A DNA stretch of 64,000 nucleotides from Octopus vulgaris (GCA_951406725.2 OX597816.1:143034001-143098000), one strand, 5' to 3'. Shown: positions 35,806 to 50,089, numbered from the stretch's first letter. Notes: generated by a model from the letters alone, not told the origin. Numbers and translations: made by a program.

Positions 35806-36747
35806 TCAGATTAATGCAAATTCCGAAAAATAGATGTTGAAATGTGTATGCATGCATGAATGAATGCATACATACATACATTTACATGTTTTTATTCATC
35901 TATATTTCACTGAATCACCAAATTACCTTTTTAACATAAACACTGGTTTTCACAGCTAAACATATACGTATATACATATACATATATACATATGCTAATA
36001 ACATATTTTCAAAAGGAACAGGGAAACAAATGTCAGATAAGTTTAATTAAATACAACTATTTATTGATAATGTGTTCACTATCAATATCAATGATTGCAC
36101 ACCGACAGTAAGTTAACTTTTTGAATCCTGTTTAAAAATTCTCTGAAAAATATTTTACATACTGTTTTCCATATCTTCTTTGTGTCTGAATAATCTGCCA
36201 CTTATGGAATGTTCTAGCAATCAAAACATGTAATAATCAGTAAGCACCAAATCTGAAGTTATGATAGAACTTACCATTCTAACAATCTCATCTTTTCCTG
36301 GTTCATTTTGCAGAGCCCTCACATTTTCTGTTTACCAAAGCTGGTCACTTTTGATGTAATGCTTCATTTACATGATCAAATTATTGGCAATAGATTTCAG
36401 CAGTAATGTCTTTTTCCATTTCAGTATCTTAAAATAAACAGCCAGATAATGTTCCATCAGATGCATAATAAAGACTTCAGTGGATGATAAACTAGGTGTA
36501 GACATCAAAGAAAGAAATAACTATTGTCACTATTGTATTACAACCATGACTGCAGCTAAGCCATTTTCAATTTCTTTCAAAGAATCTCCAGTCTCCAAAT
36601 ATCTGATGAGATGGACAAGTTCTACATCCCCCTGCAGACTTTAAATGAGCCAAACTGTTATTAAATACATGTAACACCAACCAAATGTGTTCAACACTAC
36701 TTCCTTTCATTTGTTCCCTCACTTGTGTGTGTGTGTGTGCGCACATA

Positions 36748-37100
36748 CCTTTTATTTTTTTACTTGTTTCAGTCATTAGACTGTGGCCACACTGGGACAC
36801 CACCTTGAACTGGCCACAGTACTTATTTCTTTTAAGTCTGGTACTTATTCTGTTGGTATTTTTACTGAACTGCTAAGTTAAGGGAACATAAACACATTGA
36901 CACCAATTGACAAGCAGTGGTGGGGGACAAATGCAGACAGAAAGAAACACACACACAGTTTCTATCTATCAAATCTACTCACAAGGCTTTACTTGGCCCA
37001 AGGCTATAGTAGAAGACACTTGCCCAAGGTGGCATACATTGGGACTGAAACTGGAAACATGTGGGTGGAAAGCAAACTTCTTACCACACAGCCAGGCTTA
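36748..37100 (-). mobile_element. SINE family A (diverged, near full length)
   Basis: Tail TTACTTGTTTCAGTCATTAGACTG through head CTTACCACACAGCC. Confidence 0.85.
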
Positions 37101-37110
37101 CACCTATGTC

Positions 37111-37790
37111 TATAGGATATCCAGGTTGAATTTGATGATTTTTTTAAAGTCTCCTTTTTTTTCAGGAATAGCTTCATGTATTGGTGAACAGTTAATGGCA
37201 TTGGAGAGCATAAAGATTAAAGTTGTAGTTGAAAAAGTTAGCTGTCATAGAGGACCAGAGGCCATCTGAATATTGTAAAAGCATTACCCATATCATGGTG
37301 ATTAATGCTGGGTATCAAAATGCCATCATGACTGCTGCCCAATGCTCTATGGACACCGTAAAGACTGCAAGATATGACATGGGCAACTGCAACATAGACT
37401 ATGAAGCCTTAGCCAACAGGAAAGGACACAGTAGGCATTATGACTATGTCTGCACACTAGAATTCATCCAACAACTGCAGGAATAGGGCCTTAACTCAAT
37501 TCAGACAGTTATGTGAAGCTGCTGGAGACTATGGTGAATCCCTGACTAAAGAGGGTTGCTGTTGGAAAGTCATGTGTGACAGCAGGATTCAACCCCTAAC
37601 TATATTTCTGGAAAGAGTTAGAAATGGTTGTTAGAGAATTTTTATGACCTCACTAACCCCAATTTTTGGCCTCCTAACTCCCCCAATTGTAATCCCATGG
37701 ATTTATGTGTGGGATGCAGTTGAGAAAGACACCAACCACTCTGCTTGCAACAGCAAAATAAACTGCAATTTTTGGACCAGTATAATCTTA
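37111..37790 (+). mobile_element. Internally deleted Tc1/mariner-superfamily element, maT (DD37D)-like
   Basis: Decayed ..QQDSTP..WLLENFYDLTNPNFWPPNSPNCNPMD..VWDAVEKDTN (WPPxSPDxNPxD motif). Confidence 0.7.
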
Positions 37791-37832
37791 AAAATGGACA
37801 AAAATGTGCTAATATATCTACACACACAGATA

Positions 37833-39017
37833 TTGGGTCATCCCATAAATATTTTTTTATTTTTCAAAATTAAGATAAACAAAGTTCTTTTTTAATTGAA
37901 AATATACCCTCCTTCATTTTCTACAATGCTCTTCTATCTATCTGGTAGACTTGCAAGGTCCCTCTTCCAAAATTCACTTGACCATGATGAAAAATACTGT
38001 TCTGACCTCATCTACAGAATTCATATTTTTACTGTCCAAATGATTTTGAAAACTGTGGAATAAATGATAATCAGATGGGGCAATGTCCAGTGAATATGGT
38101 GGGTGGGGCATCGTTTCTCATTCAAACTACTCCAGCCTTTGGAATGTCATCCTCACCGTATGTGGCTGAGCATTATCCTGATGGAAAAACACCTTTCGTC
38201 TTGAAACCAAAGATGGTTGTTTTGCTTCTACAGCTGACTTAAGCCATTCAAGCTACTCACATTAGATCCCCTTTATTATCATTTGGTTTGGGTTTAAAAG
38301 TTCAAAGTGGACTAAACCTTTCATATCCCACCAAACAGACAACAACATTTTACATGGATGATGACTTTCTTTAACCTGGGGTGCTGGTGTTTCTCCTTTC
38401 CCTACCCACTATCTTCAGCACTTGACATTTTTAAAGAGAACCCATTTCTTGTCACCAGTCACTATTTGGTCAAAAAAAAGGTTCATTCAGGGGACATGAC
38501 AGCAAAGAAGAGCACACATTCACTCTTTGCATGTGATTAGACTCCGAAAGTTTGTGAAGAACCCATTGACTCAATTTACCAACTTTTCCGATGGCACACA
38601 GGTATTGATGAATGGTTGAATGACCAAATCCAAGCTACTCTGATAGTTATGATGGGATTTTGTTACATCAGGGTTTGTAGGACATCCTTGTCAAGCTCTA
38701 CAGATCTTTCAGGGCGAGGCTTGTCTTCTAAGCTGTAGTTTCTGGCTCAGAATTTCTGGAACCATTGTTGACACTGGCTTACACTTATTGTCTGATTCCC
38801 ATATACTGCATTAATATTCCCTGCACTTTCCATTGTGTTGTTGCCTTTATTGAACTCATAAAGCAAAATATGCCAAATATGCTCCTTTGTCACTTCCATT
38901 ACAGTTTTGAAAAAAAAAAACTGTTAAAATTGAACTGCATTCTTCAAAACTTGCACTAGGAATAAAGACAAGGTAAAATTACAACCTGCTTTTATAGCAA
39001 GTTGATGCAGGTAGTTT
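37833..39017 (-). mobile_element. Decayed mariner transposon (one TIR retained)
   Basis: TA plus TTGGGTCATCCCATAAATA; transposase start MEVTKEHIWHILLYEFNKG..QWFQKF at 38899; IVTGDKKWVL; VFFHQDNAQPHT. Confidence 0.85.
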
Positions 39018-39513
39018 AAACTGAAAGAAGCCTGTCGTAGATATGTATATATGTATGTGTATGTATATTGTCGGTAAACACAAATTGTCTGCTATAGATG
39101 CTGGAACTGCCAGATCACATGATTTTGAACTACCCAGTCTCTTCAGTGGCAGACATCCAGTAGTAACATGTATGTATGTCAGTGGCAGACATCCAGTATG
39201 TATGTATGTATGTATGAGAGGGAGAGAGAGGGAGTAAATAGGTATGTAGATAGGTCATGTAGCCTTATCATTAAGAAGGTACACCTTTACAACTACAGTT
39301 TTCTGGGTTTGATCAAGCTATACAGCACTTGAACAAATATTTTCAATTCATTTCAAACATAAATTAGCATATTCTGATGAAAGATTTTAATTTAGATCCC
39401 TTTAAAACATGAAGTTTGCATTATAGATCCAGTGGTTGTTTGGTATTAAAAGAGTTAAATTGAAAATATTTATGTAACAATACAAGGAAAATCATATAAT
39501 CTTCTGCCTCATA

Positions 39514-39895
39514 TTAATACCTCTGCCTTAGCAAAGGCAGAGGTTATTGTTTCAGTCGTGTTTGTTTATTTGTTTGTTTGTCCGTGGACAAGACATCTCA
39601 AGAACCACTGAATGGATTCGGATGAAACTTTCACGGATGTTTGGCCTCATAATTGGCATGAACTGATTAGATTTTTGGATCGATCTGGTACCGGACAAGG
39701 ATTCTGGATTATTTTTCCTGCTTTTCTTTTTTACTTAATTTTTAAGAGTGATCGGGTTCATTTTTAGTATTTTTGTTTGTGAGAGCAGTCAAGCTTATTT
39801 CAGATATACTCATTTTAAAAATCATCTCTGGCTAATCATTGAGAGGACATTGATGTTGCCTTAGTAGAGGTTTGCACTCTCTGAGTGGTCTTGTT
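39514..39895 (+). mobile_element. Helentron-associated non-autonomous element (HINE/DINE-1-like)
   Basis: 5' inverted repeat ACCTCTGCCTT/AAGGCAGAGGT, (TTTG)n, 3' subTIR AGTAGAGGT, hairpin CACTC-TCT-GAGTG, T-rich ends. Confidence 0.75.
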
Positions 39896-40869
39896 ATTAT
39901 TATTTATCATTTATTTTTGTGATTATGTGCACTAGCTAGCCAGAGAGACAGGTGAGACTGGCTAGTCCAGTGAGACTAATGTTGCCAACACCTAGTCCAA
40001 ACAGCTGCAAGTCAATGAATGTAGGAAAAACATGGGTGAGAAGAGAACCAGAGGTCTGATCTAAATACTTGCACCCAATGTATCTATTTTTAATCCCTAT
40101 ATATCCAGAACTCTAAATAGCATGCCAACACACATCTAAACTTAAATGTTCTTCTTGATCTTTTCTTCTTAGAGCTTTTCCATTAAATATATGACATGTT
40201 GCAGTCACACATTTTTCACTTATGAATCTTCAATATCCTATCTTTTACCCAGCTTTTTCTTACATGTAGAGATGATTGATGAAGTGGGTTTGTGAAAGGG
40301 AAAGTGGGTTGGGAAGAAGAGAGGGACACAGAGAGAGAGAGAGAGAGAGAGAGTGTGTGAGTGAGAGAGAGAGAGAGAGAAAGGAAAATATAAAAGACAA
40401 AGGTAGAAAGAGTTGGAGGTTAGGAGAGTTAAATCAATTAAGGCTGTTAAAAGAAAAGAGTTTGGTGGGGGTGGCTGTCAAAATGTTATTCAGTTCTTCC
40501 ATTCTTCATCTTTGTGGGGGATGTTAAAAAAATCTGCATTGTTAGAAAAATGTCTTTGTGAAAACAAAATAGAAAGAGAGAAGGAAGAGAAAAAAAACCC
40601 AGAAAAACAATGAGTGAGTGAATGAGAGGAGAGAGAAACAGACAGAGAGTAAGAGAAAGTTATAACTTTAATTATTGAATACGATATTTGATAGTCTGTT
40701 CAAATGGTGGTTTGTTCTGATGTTCTTTTACACAAACTTTAATGAGTAGAATGTTACTTAATGAATCTATCTGGAGTGACAGTGTAGTTTAATATAAACA
40801 ATACCCTGAGGTATTCAGTTCTCTCATACTAAAACCTTATGCTTTGCCCATCTGTTTTTTACTAATACA

Positions 40870-40925
<56 letters not shown>

Positions 40926-41169
40926 GTAAATACACAAAGGAACATATCTTGTGTCAGCAACTGAAATATTTTCCTTTTCAAATGTGTAAGGAGAAATATA
41001 ATCAAATATAATAAACATGTGGTAAGGTACAAAATTTTGAGTCAAGAAAAATAAGTTCAGTTAGACAATAATTTCATTTATGCATGTAATTTCTTTAGTT
41101 ATTTTAAGTTTTTGTTTTTACTTGTTGGGTCTGGAGGAAGGGACATTCCATGGTCTTCACAAATCCTCC

Positions 41170-41530
41170 TAGAATAGTGAGATTGATGTAATTAATGTTC
41201 CTCTTGAACCTTTGCAAGTTAATACCTGCAGGAAAGATATAAGCAGGGAATTAATTCCAGAAGGTTGATATACTAGGAAGGATGGACTGGGCATAATGAT
41301 AAGTAAAAGATCTAGGGACTGGAGGAGTAGACACAATAAGGAGAATGAGGAGAGAAATGAGTGAATGGGGTAGTTATGAGCCTGGCCAGCTCCATTGGGA
41401 TAAGGAAGGTAGTGAGAAGAGACAGTATATCTGAGGGTCAGAGGTTGGAACGTATATCTAAGAATGATTCTAGCCAATTAGTTATGCAACCCTTTTCTGG
41501 ATGCAGTCCAGGATATGGTCCAGATCATAT
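41170..41530 (-). mobile_element. CR1/L2-group LINE 3' fragment
   Basis: LDCIQKR..TFQPLTLRYTVSS..HYAQSILPSISTFWN*FPAYIFP..NLQRFKRNIN, matching the SFFPRT..LWNSLP C-terminal motif. Confidence 0.7.
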
Positions 41531-41801
41531 AGCTATAAAATAAATACCATTAAGAGGAACAGCTCATTGATTTCAGTAGTGAGTTGGGTATTGTGTAATC
41601 GAAGAGAGTTTCAGTGTCTTGTAATATTGACTTCCAGTAGTTTATGAGCAAACTGTGATAGCCAAATCTTCTAATAAGATTATAATATTTCATATTTAGA
41701 GTGCATATCTACAATATTTATATTTACAATATACTTTATTTGGTTAGATTATCAATTATCATAAAGTATTTTATTCATAGATCAAATCCAGTCTGTATAT
41801 A

Positions 41802-43084
41802 TTAGGTTGTCAAGAAAGTTCTTGTGGTTTTTAACCTTTAAATTCAGATGCACATATCTTGGCTCAAACAAAACTTTATTAATTGAAATAAACACACAGA
41901 ATCAACACACTTTTGCCAACGTGAAACAAGTTTATTTATGCCAGTAGCATAAAAATCCTGTGTTCTGGTTGTGATGAAGTCATTGAAGGTGTGTTTGGCA
42001 TCGTCTTGGTTTTTGAAGCATTTCTCATGCAGGAAGTTGTCAAGATGCTTGAAAAAGTGTTAGTTGGTAGGTGAGAGGTCTGGTGAGTATGGTGGATGAG
42101 GCAGAGTTTCGTAACCCAATTCGTTCAACTTCTGCAGGGTCAGTTGTGCGATGTGCGGCCAAGCATTGTCATGGAGAAGAATTGGCCCTTTCCTATTGAC
42201 TAATGCTGGCTGTTGTCGGAGTTTCTTATGCATTTCATCCATTTGCTGATAGTACTTCTCCGCCATAATGGTTTCGCCTGGATCTAAAAAGCTGTGATGG
42301 ATGAGACTGGCCGCAGACCACCAAACTGTCACCATGACTTTCTTTCGGTACAACTTTAGCTCTGGGAAGTGCCGTGGAACTTCGTCGGCATCCAACCACT
42401 GAGCTGAGCATCGCCAGGTGCTGTAAAGCATCCACTTTTCATCGCAAGTCACAATCCGGTCGAGAAACGGGTCATTCTTGTTGCGTAAAAGAAGGGAACA
42501 CGATACTTCAAAATGGCATTTTAAAAAATTTGTCGTTCAATTCGTGTGGCACCCATTTCTCAAGTATTTTTGTTTTTCCAATCTTTTTCAGGTGGTTGGA
42601 AATTGCCGTATACATTACATCTAATTCAGAAGCAAGATCTCGAACAGCTGTGCGTGGATTGGCTTCCACTAAGGCTCTTAGTTGATCGTTTTCAACATCC
42701 AATGGCCGACCACTACATTTATCATTTTCAAGACTCTCATCACTGCTATGAAATTTCTTGAACCACCATTGTGCTGTACGTTCATTAGTGGTTCCTGGGC
42801 CAAATGCATTGTTGGTATCACAAGCTGTTTCAGCAGCTTTTCAGCCTAGCTTGAACTGGAATAAGAAAATTGTGCGAATTTGCTTTTTGTCATTGTTGTA
42901 TTCAACATTCCGAAAAAAATGGCTTAATTATTCAAAAAGAAAAAGAGTAACATGATTAGATTAGAGTGAAAAACAGGCTTTAAAATGGTATATAAAGTAA
43001 AAGTAATTTAACGAAAATTAATTTGAAAATATATCATTTAAAACCAAAATTAAAAATTTCGCAAGAACTTTCTTGACAAACTAA
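41802..43084 (-). mobile_element. Full-length (~1283 bp) mariner, cecropia subfamily (Hsmar1-like)
   Basis: TIRs TTAGGTTGTCAAGAAAGTTCTTG / CAAGAACTTTCTTGACAAACTAA; left TA TSD (right is TG). Confidence 0.95.
41879..42908 (-). pseudogene. Mariner transposase pseudogene (stops and frameshifts)
   Basis: KKQIRTIFLFQFKLG..QWWFKKF..SGRP..KWVPHEL..IVTCDEKW..KKVMVTVWWSAA..PILLHDNA..HPPYSPDLSPTN*HFFKHL..SRWQKCVDS. Confidence 0.92.
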
Positions 43085-43460
43085 TGCATATTCAGGAATA
43101 AAACATCTGATGATAATCAGACCTTGTACTTACAAGAACATAATAAAGATATAAATATTGTAAATATACACTCTAAAGATGTGGTTAATCGTCTAGAAAA
43201 TGATAATCTTATGAACAACTTACCTCAGACTGACATCCTATATAATAGGGACAAGTGCTGTCTTAAACATCCCAGCAGAAAGATAAGTTTAGTAATACTA
43301 TGACACCTTCCTGATAACAGTAGTATATAAAAGTAAGAAAAAGGAAATAATTAACTAAGTGGTACTGTTTCACTTATAGACAAAACTTTGAAAAACAAAT
43401 GAGCCTATAATAGAAGGGAGGTTTTTATGATACTTTTGGGGTATCTTCTTCTATTATAAT

Positions 43461-43865
43461 TGTTCTGATGATTCTAGGGGCTGGAAATACAAAGAATGAA
43501 GTTCTCAGGCAGAGTAAATTCAATAACCATTTATTCACAGGTGCTTCGTTTGCTTTCAAGGGGTTTGCTTTCAGTAACCATCTTCACAGCAATGCGTAGT
43601 TAGCCTTCTCTCCCATATACATGAGGTTCAATAACCTCTAGAGACAATGCATATAGTATCACAATGGGACAAAAGCCCACTGTGAGCTCCTGGCTTCAAA
43701 GTGTCTTCTCGGCATCAACGTGTGAGAAGAATGAGAGGGAAAATGTTGTCTTTTCCTTAAATAATGGTTGCAGGCAAGATCTCGTTTTTGTCTCGTGTAT
43801 GGCAATGGTTGCAGGTAAGATCTCGCTGTTTCAAAATGGCATTGGCTTCTTTGTGTCTCGCTACA
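43461..43865 (-). mobile_element. Possible solo LTR
   Basis: Minus strand TGTAGCGAG...ACA, TATTTAAG box, AATAAA near the 3' end, internal 22-bp direct repeat (43763, 43804); no matching TSD. Confidence 0.35.
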
Positions 43866-44199
43866 AGCCAAAGTAGGAACCTTGATTTAGTTGTTTGGCC
43901 AGCAAGAAACAACAGGCAAATTTCCTTTAAATTTCACTCTACTGACTTAAAAAAAATAGAAATGACACATTGCATAAATGCAGTCTTAGACATAATTTGG
44001 TTGCAAAAATGACAGGATGGTCACAGATTGAACATCTTTGGTTATAGATCTGTTTGATCAGAACCTAGGATTAAATAGTAACTGCAACAAGAAAAACTAC
44101 TACAACTACTACTTACCTTTGGTATGTGTTTTTGTGCAGATTTTACAAATGCAATATCAAAATGCATAAAAGGAAGAGACCAGAGGGAATAAAAACTTT

Positions 44200-44950
44200 A
44201 CTGATAGTTTCTACAACTGGATGCCTTTCCTAATGCCAATCACTTTACAGAATGTACTGGGTACATCTTTCATAGCACCACCACTAGTGAGGTCACCAAG
44301 TAACTTGCAAGACAAGACTTCTTGATAGAGTGGGAGTGTAGTAGTGAGGGAGGTGGCTAAAGTATGACAAAGGGATAGGCACTGGTGTCTTGTAGAAGAA
44401 ATACAGAGCTACTCTAGCAGGAAAAGGACAAAGAATGCTGGAGATGAAGTGTCAGGGCCAACCCTCGAGGTACAAGAAAATATATATGGAGAAAATAGGG
44501 ACCAAAAATCCAGATTAGCTTGGTGGGTAAGATCATGAGAGTGTGAAAGGAGAGTAACAGATGGTAGAGAGGAGAGTGATAGTGAATGCAGTGAATAGTG
44601 AACATGGAGTCCTAGAAAATGGTAAATCTCAGTTTGGGGGAATATGAGAAAAAGAGGAGTGGGTCAGGGAGGAAGAAGTGAGAGATGGTAATACATAAAA
44701 ATGGGTTGTTGTGTGAAAACAACAGTATAATAAAACTCTAAATAGATGAGAAATAGGGAGATGATATGAAGTGTTGGGGAGAGAGAAAATGCATACTAAT
44801 AGAGACAAAGGTCAGATGCATGTAGAGGTGGATATAGTGACTAAAAGTGGGAGTACATTGATGGCATATATAAGAGGGTGTTTAGAGAAAAGGGTCAATA
44901 AAGTGGTAAAGGATGCTGGGATTTTACACTGCAACCTAGCACCGCCTGTC
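44200..44950 (-). mobile_element. Old non-autonomous element with RTE-type 3' end
   Basis: GTTTCTACAACTGGATGCCTTTCCTAATGCCAATCACTTTACAG matches the RTE tail; purine-rich body. Confidence 0.5.
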
Positions 44951-46088
44951 TAGTCTGGACTGAATACTTAACAACCACTGTAAACAGTGCCAGTTGCTAC
45001 AGTGTATTATATAATGCAAATGAGGTATGAACCAGGTATTTATAGTACTTGGTTTGTGTCTGATAAGCAATGGGTTCAAATCATGTCCCAGATACCGCTA
45101 TGAATTTTGAATAAGTTTTGCTGTAGCTTTCTATCAGCTTAAATAACTAACCACTAAAATATATTGTTCAAAAATGTTTACAGAAGCTGTAGTTCATAAA
45201 GATTGAGTAACTGTGTGCCATATATATCTTCAAATTTATATTACTGAAAGTGTTCTGATAATTGTGAAATAGTGTATACCTACTTTTCTACTGTTTTGGA
45301 GAGAATATTCAGGAATAGTATACTGTTACTTTGTGTATAGGCAACAGGACTCAAGAACTATAATCTACTTGCTACTTTTGATGGTGGTACCAACAATGGT
45401 ATCAGGTAAATAGATGCCATTGATGGGTTAAAGATGAAATAAAACAGCCACTGTTAAATGTTTTGGCCAAGGATAGTACAGCACCAGTGACAGGGTATGA
45501 ACCATCAAACTTTCAGTCAACAGTCTATCAGTTTGTCAAGTCATAAAATTTGTGAACATATGAAACACCTTAAAGGATTCATTGAAATTTATTTTTATTG
45601 GAGTTTTGAATGTGGATTGATATATTTTTAATAGCTACATTTTTATTTAGGTATGCAGTAAATATACAATGCGAAACTCCCAATGTATTTCATTTTATTA
45701 AATACATAAAAAGAGGCACATCGTAATAAAGTTGGCAGCAATGAAAGGATAAATCCAGACTTTTGCAAACGCTTTTATCATTCCAGACATTTTACTTTAG
45801 CACAATGTTATCACATTGTCAATGAAATTCTGACAGAATATAAGAAGACAATTTGTTTTTCTATTTTTAGAAGACAGCTGGTAACCTAGAGTAAAAGACA
45901 ATAAATTTGATACCTGAAACCACAAGCTGTATTTACCAATTATTTATCTTAAGTGCCAAAAACATATTATATTATACATATCTATCTAGGCTGGGTTAGA
46001 ACAAAAGATTTTCTTGGATTTACAATCATAACAGGGCAATTTCTTATAATCAGCATTCATTGCAAGTATCATTGTTAGCATTCTTCCT

Positions 46089-46220
<132 letters not shown>

Positions 46221-48109
46221 TCATTTCAAGAAGAAAACAGATATTTCCTTAGAACATGATAGTAAAAAGGTAGACTCTAAACACTCCCATCTACTTTACT
46301 ATATTTATAATAAACTATAAGTGCAAATGTCAGCTGCATCATTATTTTCATACTCACACATTAAAATATCAATATCGACATGAGTAACATTTCCAGTTTA
46401 TGTCTTGAATATTACACTGAATATGTACAGGACAAAATCTGATCCTGTAACTCCTATCAGCAAATGAAGAGTGATTTCATACATGGACACAAAACCTCTG
46501 ATATACAAAGTAGACATAAGATTGTGAGTCATTAAAATGACTCTTGTAGATACTAACAATGTATGAGAAATCAAACAACTGCAACCATGGAATCAAAATC
46601 AAGTCATGTACTCAGCTTGCTTAGATCTTTAACATATTTTATTAATATTTAAAAGGAATAATGAATAAGGCAGATGTATTCTGGAGATATGATAATGCTA
46701 GCTTATCTGTAGTTGTTACTGTTGCTTAGTCCCTGACTGTACAAACCTATGGTAAAATATACTCTAGTCATAATCATCTCTCACAGTTGTATATCTAGAA
46801 CTATTAATACATTGGTCACCATGTCCTAATTCCTTTTAAAGGTAGAGTGAGGCCTGGGAGCATTTAGTAGCTACTTCTAAAAGACCAAGTGGTCACAAAC
46901 AGATAATATATGTTTGATGAAAATAAATGTATTATGACTTAACTGAAGAAGTTCTACTTAGTGAAGAAAAACTAAGTAAATGTAGCTAATTCATTGGATT
47001 AGATAGCAAACAAATAACCATCAACAAATTGCTCACTTCTTTACAAGAAAATATGAGTCTGCTCAGACAAAGCTAACATGAAGTGCTTAATCATCGTTAT
47101 CTTTACTGCATTTTGTTGCTGAGATGACACAGTATCACAACACATGAAGATACATTATATTGCAGACCTGTCTCATGTCTGCAAACATGAAATAACAGAC
47201 ATCTAAATAGCACCAAGTTTGACCAACATTAACATGGGAAGTATTTTCATTTGTATTGCTTGTATATTATATACAACAAATGTTTTTAAAACTTATGATG
47301 ACATTTCATGAACAAGATGATTGGATAATATCCAAAGTCTATCAGTTGGTCATGCTTGGGAATCTAATAAGAAAATAAGATGGTTGCTTCTGTTAGGACC
47401 TTATAGAGGAGATGCCTGAAGATTCTGCCCCAACAAACCCTCCCAGAAAAGTAGTTAGCAAAAATGGATGGATGGAGGGATTCCTTGCTAAAAAAAAAAA
47501 TAAACTAACAGATTAAATAAATAAAATTCCTTAAAAGGTTTATTATTGTTGTTACTTTTAGACCCAGGTTCATTCAAAACCATATACTCTTTTATTTAGA
47601 CACAGTTTATCTATGAATATATTATCCAACATCTTACCGTTCTTTCAGATAACACCATATGATTTACAGATGCGACTGTTATCTCTTGCAGGTCAACTGG
47701 CCACATATATGCTATCATACTGATTCATAAAAAAAAAAAATTTGCTTTATATTGTGTTTTTCAGAAAGTTATAGTGCTGCATCATTCTTGAAAAAGAGAT
47801 CACTAATACTGACCAGCTATCAGATTATCATAGAGCTTCACAATTTAACCTATTAAATCAATTACTTCTCCAAATCAATCCTATTCTCTATATTAATAAC
47901 CACTCATAAACATTACTCAGCTTGACTAAGGAAATGAGAAGAATATACTTTTTTTAACAGGAATTCACTTTCAATCTTCTTATATCATCCAGGCTACTAT
48001 AATACATGATCATCATCATTATAAGTTGTAAAGTTGATTAGCTAGTATTAGATTCCTTGTTGAAATCACTTGATTTCATTGCTAATCACTAATATCATGA
48101 GTAAAAGCA

Positions 48110-49400
48110 TCAATACCATGAACAGGTCCATTAACAGGGAAAATAGCTTTTGTGTGTGGTAGATGCACAGGTACAATAAAACCAAAAATGTACAGAAAAT
48201 AGACTCCATCAACTGCCATGAGGATAAGCTAGAGGTAGTAGATATCTCCCGTTACCTAGGTGATCAAGTTAGTAGCAAAGGTGGATGCTCTGAGAGCATA
48301 ACTGTCAGAATAGGATTAAGCTGGGCAAAGTTTAGAGAGCTCCTGCCTCTGCAGGCAACAAAAGGCCTCTCTCTCAGAGTGAAAGGCAGATTGTATGATG
48401 CCTGTGTGCAACAGCTATGTTACATGACTGTGAAACATGGACTGTGACAGCCAAGGACATGCATAGGCTTGAAAGAAATTAAGCCAGTATGTTTCGCTAG
48501 ATGTTCAATGTCAGTGTGCATGTTCACCAGAGTGTAAGCATCTTGAGAGAAAAGTTAGGTATAAGAGGCATCAGATGTGGTGAGCAAGAGAGACAACTGT
48601 GCTATTATGGTCATATGATGCGTATGAACAAGGATAGCTGTGTAAAGAAGTGTCGCTCTCTGACTGTGGAGGGAAACTGTGGTAGAAGTAGACCCAGGAA
48701 GATGTGGGATGAAGTGATGAAGCATGATCTCTGAACTTTGGGCCTCACAGAAGTAATGACAAGTGACCAAGACCTTTGGCAATATGTTGTGCTTGAGAAG
48801 ACTCACCACACCAAGTGAAATTGCAGTCATGGCTGATGCTGGTGTCATATAACCAGCACCCATGCAGGTGATAAATTAAAAGCACCTTTTGAGCATTGAG
48901 CCCCATGAATGCAAAGTGGTCGAGCTCCTTTTGAATGTTGGGTCTCACAGAGGCAATGACCAAAACCTTTGGCATTATGTTGTGCTTGAGAAGAAGACCC
49001 ATCGAGCCAAGTAAAATTGCAGACACCATTGTCACACAAATGGCACCTGTGTCGGTGGCATGTAAAAGCACCTTTCGAGCATTGGGCCTGACAGAGGCAA
49101 GGACCAAGACCATTTGGCATTATGCTGGGCTTTGAGCGTTGGGCCTCACGGAGGCAATGACCGAGTCCATTCAGCATTATACCTTGCTTGAAAAGCAGAC
49201 CCATCAAGCCAAGCAAAACCGCAGTCATGGCAGATACTAGTGTCATGCATATGGCACATAAGAGCACCCATTATACTCTTGGAGAGGTTGGTGTTAGGAA
49301 GGGCATCCAGCCATAGAAACCATGCCAAAACAGACTGGAGTCTGGTGCAGCCATCCAATTCAAGCCAGCTTGGACAACAGACGTTAAATGATGATGATGA
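48110..49400 (+). mobile_element. 5'-truncated RTE LINE with tandemly repeated ORF2-end/3' UTR and (ATG)n tail
   Basis: LEVVDISRYLGDQVS..RIGLSWAKFRELLP..KGRLYDACV..YYGHMMRM..GRSRPRKMWDEVMKHDL; TTGGGCCTCACAGAGGCAATGAC repeated at ~48738, 48937, 49082, 49139. Confidence 0.92.
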
Positions 49401-50089
49401 TATATATGATTAATAAGTTTCAAAATGGAGAGATTCAACAGATATAAATTAATTTATAAATTATTTGATTAATCATATATATATATATACACACACACAT
49501 ATATATTTTTTTAAAAGTTATGTTACTATATTTTGGGTATTATATCTTTTATAGACTAAATATTTATATATATATATATATATTCATAAAATATATTCAT
49601 AAAATAAGGATAAAAATCATGTTAATGATAATTATCAGGTAGTCAGTATTGAAAAAAGCAATTTATAGCAATTTATATATTAAATTGATAATTATATATA
49701 TATAAACTCACTGTTATGGGTATGTATAAGCACACGTTCATATATTTTTTACACATATTGCACTGAAGATAGAAGAAAATATATTTAAGATTTTAATCTT
49801 GAAATTAGTTAATTAGCAATTAATGTGGAGTCTTTTTAAATATCTTCTCACTAACCCGCTTTCAATCGCATATATTTATGGAGTTTTTCCGGTAGCTTCG
49901 TAATGCTTGCACATTAATTCAGTATGGAGGAGATAAGTCTTGTTTTGACTTTCTCCCTTAAAATAATTATACATATATATAACTATTAATTTGATATATA
50001 TATATATAAATACGCACACACACACACACAAAGACAGATACATATTTTTCTTATATACATATATATATATATATATATTAAGATGGCTA

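Noticed and set aside
44111-44170. Perfect minus-strand donor AAG|GTAAGT after MHFDIAFVKSAQKHIPK
   Set aside because: No convincing acceptor or promoter; sits between two repeats; such a match is expected by chance
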